A stretch of 64,000 nt of DNA from Cenococcum geophilum. Lineage: Eukaryota. The notes beneath the pieces were generated by a model, which worked only from the letters and a program-made list of their open reading frames with translations, was not told the origin of the DNA and made no database searches. The position numbers and the translations under genes are program-made. The stretch lies in the NCBI GenBank assembly GCA_050273025.1, contig CP158635.1, positions 20,956,001 through 21,020,000 on the forward strand, in the 5' to 3' direction. Shown here one piece after another: positions 54,627 through 64,000 of the stretch; the first letter of the stretch is position 1, and every line of letters begins with the position of its first letter.

Positions 54627-56054
54627 TTATATAGATAATATAGTTGCTTACAGCGGTATCTAGAATAATATTATAAAAGGTTCTAGAAACCGATTACTCT
54701 AAGAGATACTTATATCCTTAATAACAAATAATATTACTATAACAACCACATAGGTCTCTAGCGCCAATAATGGGCTTACTAATGCTCTCTCGCGATTTAA
54801 CCGCGAGAAATTATTATTAATGTGCCCCGAGTAGTAAATAAATAACGGCTTTTTACCGGATAAATAACGACTATATAGGTCTCTAGCGCTAAATGGGCTT
54901 ACTAATATTCTCTTGCGATTTAACCGCGAGAAATTATTATTAATATGCCCTAAATGGCAAATAAATAACAGCTTCTTGCTAGAAAAATAATACCTCTTTA
55001 GGTAGCTACTAACTCTTATAGTTAACCTAGAGTTATTTAATTAACTTCCCCTGACCTTCTAAAGCGAAATTAGTGGGTTTTACTACTTTTCGCTACTTAT
55101 ATAGCATAGCTTGGCAGCCAATATAAGGAAGGGCTACTCCTCCGCTATTAAGAGCTGGGAGGCCTTCTTAGCCCTAAACGGTTTATTACTATATCCGGCT
55201 AAGAAGATGGACTTAGGGGAATAGATTACTTAACAAGCGTTTAGTATAGCCGCCCCTCTAATAGGTAGGGTTAAGCCAGAAACCCTCTCTAATTATATCT
55301 CTGTAATCCGATCTTATTATATAGATTTAAGTTACTTAATTACTACCTTTAAAGACTATATTATTAAAAGGGCCCTAGCGGGGGCTATATTACTATTCCT
55401 ATCTACTAAGAAGACTAAATTACTAATTACAAAGGATATCCTAAATAAGATTATTACGCTTAGGCCCTATAAGGCGGATACAAATATAGATACGGCATTC
55501 ACGATAGCGTTTATAGGTTTCCTATGTATAGGAGAAATTACGTACCTAAATAGGAAAGCTAAGGACTTTAGCACTACAAAGGCCCTCCGCAGCAACGTTA
55601 GGATCACCCCTAATAGCTATTTAATGGTCTTCTACTTAAAATAGAGCAAGACAGATAAAACCCATAGTGGCGTTAATATTTAAATCGCCGCTATACCGGG
55701 AGATTGTTTATGCCCTATAGCCGCAATAATACGGTTATTTAACCGTAACCCCCGGCCTCTATTAGATCTATTATTTAGCATTAATAATAGAGCTTTTTCG
55801 GCGCTAGTAGTGCGTAAGATTCTATTAACCTACCTAGCCACTAGTAGTATTCTGCCCGACAGCTACTCTAACTACTCCTTCCATAGGGGTATAGTATAGT
55901 ATACGTATAATTGTGGCTTCGCAGAGTTACAAACGGCGCAGTTAGGTCGATGGACATTAGATGCGGTTAAACTTTACTATAATACCTTAGAAACTAAACG
56001 ACTTTAATTAAACTCGAATTTCTAGCGGAGTGTGCCTATACTGGCTATGTAACG

Positions 56055-56240
56055 GTGCTGGAGGCGCGTTACCTAGTACGTCCTACTATATCTATAGAAT
56101 ATGGCAGAAGGCAATAGGCAGAAGATGGTAGAATATGGCAGAATGCGACTGGCAGAATATGGCAGAATATGGCAGAATATAGTAGAACATGATAGAATGC
56201 GACTGGCAGAATATGGCAGAATATAGCAGAATGCGACACT
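56055..56240. repeat. (ggcagaatat)n minisatellite in Ngaro 3' region
   Basis: Visible 10-bp tandem units. Confidence 0.9.
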
Positions 56241-59200
56241 GCACGTATACTATGTCTATTGCACTATGTTAAAGCATACCAACATTAGCATATTGCCGCG
56301 ATATTGCCGCAATATGCCGTATATTGCCATCTACCGTTCTACTATACTGCTAAGCCTAAGGTGGAATTAAGACTTTATACTTTTCAGACTATGGAAATTA
56401 CCCCTATTTTAACTTAATTCTTTATAGGTGGTAGGCGCTTCGCTAGTGGGCACCGGGTAGGATTTAGGCTAGATCTCCGAAGTTTAGGCCTAAAAAGCCT
56501 TATAAACGCTACGATATTGCCTAGATCCCGCCCTATAAGCCTACACCCCCTATAATTAATATATTTAAAATGGACTATGACCTATTTATGCCGTGCGAGA
56601 GATAGATATTATGTGTCTATACATTGCTTGGCCGAAAACCCTGCAACTCAGGTATTTAACTAGATGTTTAACACAGTTAACAGCATTATCGCTTACAACT
56701 GCACTTAATAGGTCGTTCTTTTACCTACCTACCCCCCTTCCAATATATATTAGATTAGATACTTACAGTCCTGTTTAGGTTTAGCGGTAGGCTACCCTAT
56801 TAGGGGCACCGGGTAGGATTTAGGCCAGATCTCCGAAGTTTAGGCCTAAAAAGCCTTATAAACGCTACGATATTGCCTAGATCCCGCCCTATGAGCCTGC
56901 ACCCCCCACAATCGATATATTTGAAATGGACTATGACCTATTCGTGCCGTGCGAGAGATAGATAAGCACACTTTTAACCTAAGCCTCCCCTATAATAAAG
57001 GCCTATGGGCTATAGCAAAATAGGTAAAGAAAAAGGTAGGGCGACTAGTAGAAGACTTATACCTACTACCCCTATAAAGAGCAGGGGAATTATAGGCCAC
57101 TAATAACAATAATAAGAAGGCAAAGATCCTTATAGAAAGGTTCTTCCCCTAACTAGCTCTAGTAGACCTTAGTGACATTACGGGTAAAATACCCGTAACT
57201 TACCTGTAGGTTAACAGCGATATAATAATAGAGGAAATAGCTAGAACTATTAGCCGCCTTTTAAATAATATAGTACTAGGACTAGATAGGATTTTAAATA
57301 AGGCCTTAAAGACCTATGGACTACTTATAGCACCTTAGCTTGCAGATATAGCTAGAGCATACTTTGCTATAGGCTACTACCTATAACTTAGAAGATCTAT
57401 AATAACGGTTATCCTATAAAAAGAAGGTAAAGTAGATTACTTAATCCTAGGAAGCTACCGCCCTATTACCCTAGAAAACACCCTTAGCAAGATTTTAGAA
57501 AAGGTAATAGCGGACCATATAGTAGACACGGCTAAGGAATACGCCCTACTACTATAGAGCTAAATAGGGGCAAGAAAGAACCGCTTAATACTATTAGCAC
57601 TTACGCTACTCGCTGCTACTATTAAATCTGTATAGGCGATGCGAAGGGACTTTGTAGTATTAATGCTTAGCCTAGATATTAGTGGCGCCTATAATAACGT
57701 ACCCCATAAGCGTCTCCTATATATTCTTAGGGTAAAAGGCTTCCTAGAATAGATTATATAATTTATTTAAGGGTTTATAGGTTAGAAAGAAATATTACTA
57801 GTCTTTAGCGGATACTAGAGCCCCCCTATTATAGTTACAATAGGAATACCATAAGGATTACCCCTCTCGCCTATACTCTTCCTTTTCTTTATAAGCAACC
57901 TACTTAACTTCTTTAAGAAAGGGGCGACCTAGGGGATAGGCTTTATTAATAATATAAACTTAATTATATACGGGCTAACAGCCGTAGAGAATTATAGAAT
58001 ACTAGAGAAAGCTTATAATACCTATATAGAATAGGCAAGACAATATAGAGTCTAATTCTTACTGGAGAAATACTAGCTAATCTATTTTATAAGAAAACGT
58101 AACCAATCTACAGATCTTTAGTATATAATTCGCATCTAAGGCTTTAGGAGTTAACTAGTTTAGGGCCTAAGGGTATTAGGAGTATAGGTAGATAGTAAGC
58201 TCTAGTAGAGCGTATATATAGCGCAAGCGGCCTATAAGAGCTAAGTATAGTATATTATATTATCTAGGATTGTTAATTCTATATAGGGTCCATACTTTTA
58301 GAGGTTACGCCTACTATATATAGTAGTTGTCCGGCCAACCATAACATATAGGTCCAGTATTTAGGCCATTAGAGAATCTAAGAAAGGCCCCCCTAAGTCG
58401 CTCCTTAAACCGCTCCAAAAGGTCTAAACAGCCTGCCTTTAAAGTATAATAGGTGGATATAAGCGAACGGCCACAGTACTGCTTAAGAAGGAAGCTAATA
58501 TTCCCCCCTATAACTATATATTAAAGCCGCTGTAATATAAAGGGCGCAAAATAAACGCAACTCTAATATTATAAAGTATATTAAGACACGCCTAAATAAA
58601 CTATAGAGGGATTTTAGGGCGCCCTATAGGAGAACAAACCAACAACCCTAAAGTAGGAAGGATATATTAAAGAAATAGGTAAAGAAAGTAGAAGAAGAAT
58701 GGTACTGTTTTAGGGCCCAGGCCCATATAGAGGAGGAAGAAAAACGCGTAAGAGGCTAGCAAAGATAATAGTAAGAGAGAGAAAGGAGCCAAAGTAGAGC
58801 ATAAAAAAACGCTAGGAAACTATCTACCGTAATATAATACTGGTTAGACTAACGCTAGAGAGGTATATAGAAGTTAAAGGTACAAAGGCTAACTAAGGCA
58901 AAAGGAACCTAAGCCGTAGTATAATTAATGCTATAGGGGGTAAATACTCTAGGGTTCTAAGAAGGCCTAATAAAGGCAGAAAATATAATAGCAATACTCT
59001 TAAAAATAGGAATAATAGGACTAAAAGACTAGCTCTACTAGGTGGGTATCCTAGTAAGTAGCCCGAGATATAAATATAGCTAGCTAAAACAGACACTAAA
59101 ACACGTAATACTATTATACCCCTTACACACTAACTAAGAAGTAATGCTCTTAGTAGCTAGCATAGAGAACTATAATACACTGCTCTTAATATAAAAAGGC

Positions 59201-60349
59201 CTTAAGGCAGTTACCTAGTAGCTTATTAGCTAAAATATACTAAACTAGTTTTAGGTTATAAAGGAAATAGTAATAGAGGGCGGGGGGGCGAGTAACGGGC
59301 GCCCCCTAATAACTCTATAGTAGTAGAGTAAAGTTTACGATACTAGCGCGTCCGTAGGCTTATTACGGCAGCAGTAGTTCCTAAGAAGGTTAAAAAGTAA
59401 GGTAGTAGAAGCACTATAGGTAACTTATAGGCGCCTTATAGGCGCCTTATAGGCGAGTCCTAAAAGGCAGGGAAATAGATTACGGGGTTTTCTCAAATAG
59501 AGTTTTCTCCTCACATGTATATAAGGAGTAGTCCACGTCTATAGGAAAGTCGTAATACTTAGCGTGGTGTTAAACTTAAGGTACCTCTGCCACTACGGTA
59601 GTAGAGACACCCCAAATTTCTAATAATTAAGATTTTGGACTATAGCAGATTAACTACTTACTAAAATCTAAAATCTAAAATTAAGTTAATCCTTTTATAA
59701 GGCTTTAGATAAGCTTTGAGCTCCTAATTTAAACTAACGCTAAAACCTTAGTTTAAATTCTATATATAGTATAGCTTGCGAATTTAACGCGCTTGCTAAT
59801 CTAGAGAAGCTTTTAAATTAGAAAGTCACCAGATTAACTAAACAATTATCTTAGAATTAGATTTAAGCTTTAGATTAGATATATTTTAGGGCCTTTAGAT
59901 TTAATCTAAAGTCGCTACTAAACGTTCCCTAAGATTTAATATAGGGATCTCTCCCTAAGGATCTGGTTTGATCGTAAGGTTTAAAAAGGGGTTATAATTT
60001 AGTTAAATTTATAAGATTACATTCTAAAGTCCTTATAGCGTAGTGGTATAGTACATTCTACCTCTTGCTTTAATTTAGAGCTAGCCCAACGTAATTAAAA
60101 CTTGGCATAAAAGAGCTAATATGCTTAGTATATAATACTAAGATTTTGTTAAATGTATAACTTTGGGCGTTATAAGATATATATAAAAATATAAGCTTAA
60201 TTTAGAGCCTTACTAACGCCTAATTTAATAGGAAATAACCTTCTTTTTTAATATTTTTAATATATAATAAGTGGGAATTAAACCTACTACGCCTAGAAGT
60301 TAAACTCGCGACGTTTAATTGCCTAATCTGGCTAGGAGGCTTGGCGGCG

Positions 60350-60680
60350 ATATAATAGGCTTAATAACGTGATAAGGCTTAATGGCGATGCAATAAGACT
60401 CGGCAATATAATGAGACTTAATAATGCAATAAGGCTTGGTGATATAATAAGGCTTAACGGCAATATAATAAGACTTAGTAGTGTAATAAGACTTAATAAT
60501 GCAATAAGGCTCGGCGATATAATAAGGCTTAATGGCGATGTAATAAGACTTAGTAACGTAATAAGACTTAATAATACAATAAGGCTCGGCAACGTAATAA
60601 GGCTCAGCGGTAATATAATAATACTCGGTAATATAATAAAACTTAATAATATAAAAGTCTTAGTGATATAATAAGGCTTA
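60350..60680. repeat. 18/21-bp tandem repeat with 75-bp higher-order period
   Basis: Units ataag(g/a)ct(t/c).. in a 21+18+18+18 pattern, visible as 7-6-6-6 residue periodicity in the ORF track. Confidence 0.85.
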
Positions 60681-61547
60681 GAGTTAGGTAATAAGGGGAA
60701 AACTTAAGGTTACTTAGTTACTCTAATACCTAATAGCAAAATCTAACGATATAGTACTGCTATTAAGGTGTTTTAATGCGGGTAGGCTATATAAAGGTTT
60801 CGTCTATAATATATCTAATATATCCCAAAAGTCTACCTTTTACTTATCTTTAAGGCTAAGTTTCTAGCCTATAATGAATTAATTATTGTAGTTGATAAGA
60901 GCATAATAAATAACAGCATGTTTTGCCCTATTATTCTTAAAACCGTTAAACACAAAGTAGTAGGTAGCCTATTAACCTATATCTATTAGTGCCGGCTAAT
61001 AAAGTGCGTTTAAAACATACCAATATTAATAATAGCCTTTTTATTTTGCAGTATAATAGGCTTAATAGCAATAGGGTTTTAGTCCTTATTATTAAGCATA
61101 TTTATCTAACGGAGCTAGGTTTGCTAATTATTCTAGTTAGCATTATATTATGGGTTGATTTAATATCTTACACCTATAGAAAAAGGTAAAAGGCAGATTT
61201 AATAGAATAATTAGGGTACGCTTTTCTTCGCCGTTAGGGATTTTATATAGATATTATATAGCATACGGGTAGGAGCTAGTGGTTATTAGTAGTGAAAAGT
61301 TTTTATATAGGATAGTAAAATCTTAAAAACCACTACTAATGGGAGGATCCTCTTACGTATTAATTAGACTTTTAAAATAATAAAGATAGCAAATATATAT
61401 AATCTATTAGTAAAGAGGATATACCTTAATAGGAATTATTTATGTATATAAAAACAAGAGTTAGTAGGCTAGATTACTTAATAAGTGTTAAAGTAGTTAG
61501 TAGCCGGAGTAATATTAATCTAGACTAAATTTAAACTTTCTAGAATA

Positions 61548-62204
61548 GGCTACCTTGTATACGGTCCCACCTTATATTACACTACCAAAATACTTATACT
61601 TAAGAACTACTATAGTTATTTATATAAAATTTTTAATATAGCTTATTAAATAGTAATTTAAGCTTTTTATAAAATAAAAATTCTTTATTTTAAAGTAATT
61701 TTATATATAGTTTTATTTTATATTTTATATTAAAATATAGTTTTAAAATACTTATAGTGTTATAGCGCTAGTGGAAACTAGTAGATATTGGTAAATTATA
61801 GCAGATAATTGTAAATATTTTTAGACAGTTTTAAACAGTTTTAGATAATTGCTGTTATATAACCAGAGGATTATATATAATATTAAGTGGCGCCGCCCTC
61901 TCCTTTCCTTTCTCTAGCTTTAGATCCTTATTTATAGACTACTAATTATATAGGCTTGCGCGTCCCTCTTTCTATACTCGTGCCTTAATTAACTAAGTCG
62001 GTAATATATAGCTTAATAATTATTAAGCTATAAGTATTTTAAAACTATATATAAAGTAGCTTTAAAATTTTTTAAATTTATTTTATAAAAAGCTTAAATT
62101 ACTATTTGATAAGCCATATTAAAATTTTTATATAAATAACTATAGTAGTTCTTAAGTTATAAGTATTTTAGTAGGGTAATATTAGTACCGTGCACGAGGT
62201 GGCC
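61548..62204. mobile_element. Non-autonomous foldback element/MITE with ~200-bp TIRs
   Basis: 61548-~61750 is the reverse complement of ~62030-62204; TA on both flanks; no ORF. Confidence 0.82.
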
Positions 62205-62249
62205 TATACTTCTATATAGTGGTTAACACTAAAATAATATATTATAAAA

Positions 62250-63400
62250 TATTAAACAGTTATATATTGTCTATATATGTGTACATTATACTAAGACATA
62301 CTCTTATTATAGGGGATCGCTGCTTTAACTACAGCTACGCTATTGCTATTATATTATTATTAGCTTACTAAGTAGGTTGGGTTTTAAACACCTTATAGAA
62401 CTTATTAATTATTATCCTTTTAGTTATTATACGCCTCGCTAATATAACTATATTAATTAGGTTCCACCTATCTACACTATATGTTATTAATATAGTAACT
62501 ACCGGCGCTAACTGTCTAGATCTAGTAGCCTAGCCAAATACTTACACCTTTATATCTACCGTTATCGCTAGTTTAAGCAAATAAACTCTATACGTAGAGA
62601 CTAAATTTAAACCCTCTCCTCTAACCCTTTAGTTAATAATAAAAAACTAGACTACGTTATTCTAGTAAGGACCGCCTATTAGAATATAAAACGCTTTATA
62701 AATATCCTCCTAGTCTTTTAGGGATGTCCTAAACTCTATCTAGTAAATAGTTAAATATTTAAACTGGCTAAGCCTTTTATAAAAATACTATATTATATTA
62801 TTAGTAATAGTTTACTACTAGTCTAATAGCTAACTTATAAGGCATAATAGCGTATATACTGCTGGTTCGTAACTACTAAATAGTAGTCTCTTATTAGGAT
62901 TCCTTTTAAGTACTTTATTAACGTATTTTATAATTAGCTTTAGTTTTTTAGACTTAGTAATTATACTCTAATTCCTCTAAAGCGGATTCTTATCTAAAGG
63001 TTTATCCTATTTTTCGCTATAAAACTTATTAACTATCCACCTTAGCTTTGTTCTAACTTTTACCTTATCCTTCTACTATATATCCTACCACTTATCTCCT
63101 ACCTTAGCTAGGCCTAAAAAGATAGCAAAATTTTTTAATAAGCGACCGGCTGCTTCTAAAAATTAATCTATATTAAAGATGGGTTTTTTTCCTTTTCTTC
63201 CTTTAGCTTTCTAGTGTTTAAAAGCTTTATTTAGCTATTTAAAAGCATCTAAGGATGCTCTACGCAAGAGCTTATTAATATACGGTTTAAATATTAAATC
63301 GTTTATTATATAGCAGTCTTAGTAAACAACTAGTAGTAGCTTATTAATCACCCTCCTATTAAACTATTGGTCTTCCCCCATTCTACATATAATTAAGATC
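62250..63400 (-). pseudogene. RIP-degraded unidentified coding sequence
   Basis: Frame RLLYNKRFNIKPYINKLLRRASLDAFK*..FLEAAGR..TKLRWIVNKFY broken mainly by RIP-type stops; product not recognised. Confidence 0.35.
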
Positions 63401-64000
63401 TTTATAATTAAAAAGGTGTGTTTTTTAAAGCCTATAATAACCTTGTTCGAAAAAAAAAGTAATTAGCTGCTCTTAGCTTTTTATATTTAATTAATATTTT
63501 AATATTATAATTATTAATTAATTTTGTATTTATGCAATCCGCCCAATTAGGGGCCCTAAAAATTTCTAAGGCGGGAATTAGACTTATAAAACCTTCGCTA
63601 GTTAGCGTACCGTAAGTAAATACTACTAAAGGTTAAGAGGTGTAGTAGGCTATTTTACTATTGCTATCCTTATAAAATAGGCCTAGGCGTTAGAAGTAAG
63701 GAAATACTGCTTAATTATTATATACTTATTTAGCCATTTTTATTAAATAACCTATCTCTAACCTATCTATATAAAACTTGTTAGTAAGAATCTCACTAAT
63801 AATATAATAAGGACCACCGTCTTTATAGAGATTAAAAATAGTCTTATACTATTCCTAAGCGGTCCAGGTTATTACTTAAGTTTATAACGTCGTAATTATA
63901 AGATACGAAGCCGATCTTAGGTCCATTTTCCACTAGACCTTCTCGCCTTCTCTTTCGCATTTTATAGGTTTAAGAATATCTTTATCTTTATCTATAAAAT

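Larger units (their letters stand above)
50071..56963 (+). mobile_element. Ngaro-type tyrosine-recombinase retrotransposon
   Basis: Split direct repeats A1 (50071-50190) .. B1 (~56447-56608) A2 (~56606-56722) B2 (~56804-56963); RT LGLVPKADSGFRRIYNLS..KRDIKDAFR..YLND; RNase H LFTNA..NALSRF; YR ~55100-56050 (GFLCIGE, SKTD, CPI, SFHRG, LGRWTLDAVKLY). Confidence 0.93.
47150..59627 (+). mobile_element. Near full-length Tad1-like LINE (ORF1 from ~47191; endonuclease ~49250-49650; RT ~57250-58300), split by Ngaro element
   Basis: IINVYNP..LLGDINLYHP (APE); GSYRPITLENTLSKILE, LDISGAYNNV, GIP*GLPLSPILFLF, GFINN (RT); ORF2 rejoins across 50070/56964; ends approximate, no TSD found. Confidence 0.85.

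Noticed and set aside
55100..56050. Tyrosine recombinase as a Starship captain
   Set aside because: Short YR lying downstream of RT/RNase H within split direct repeats, so it belongs to the Ngaro element.
60030..60300. tRNA-like A-box (tagcgtagtggt, + strand) and T-arm-like motif (- strand, ~60270-60290)
   Set aside because: Motifs are on opposite strands and no cloverleaf can be built.
14015..61189. Numerous short I/L/Y-rich ORFs in the track
   Set aside because: Chance frames in RIP-mutated TE or tandem-repeat DNA; only 22286-22489, 26147-26344 and 51560-52015 correspond to real TE protein segments.

Overview
Fungal (filamentous ascomycete) DNA. About 2.4 kb of normal-GC genic sequence (a RIP-inactivated REX4 copy and an intron-containing ubiquitin-like-domain gene cut off mid-domain) abuts about 61.5 kb of AT-rich, TpA-saturated sequence with the signature of repeat-induced point mutation (RIP). 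The AT-rich block resolves into a deeply nested set of dead transposons: three Ty3/Gypsy chromovirus copies (one complete, with TSD), a Ty1/Copia element, solo LTRs, Tad1-like LINEs, a Pogo/Fot1 element, a Helitron, hAT, PIF/Harbinger, an Ngaro-type tyrosine-recombinase retrotransposon, MITEs and three piggyBac-like insertions. Most notable: (i) all three CCC-terminated piggyBac-like elements are flanked by a 2-bp AT duplication instead of TTAA, with an internal empty-site control; (ii) a RIP-degraded, intron-retaining 5' half of an Hrr1/SAD-3-type RNA-silencing helicase gene lies among other RIP-degraded non-TE genes, suggesting a cargo-carrying duplicated segment; (iii) the Gypsy family carries an antisense Cys6 plus coiled-coil accessory ORF. 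All translations were done by eye from mutated sequence; boundaries not defined by a TSD or TIR are approximate.
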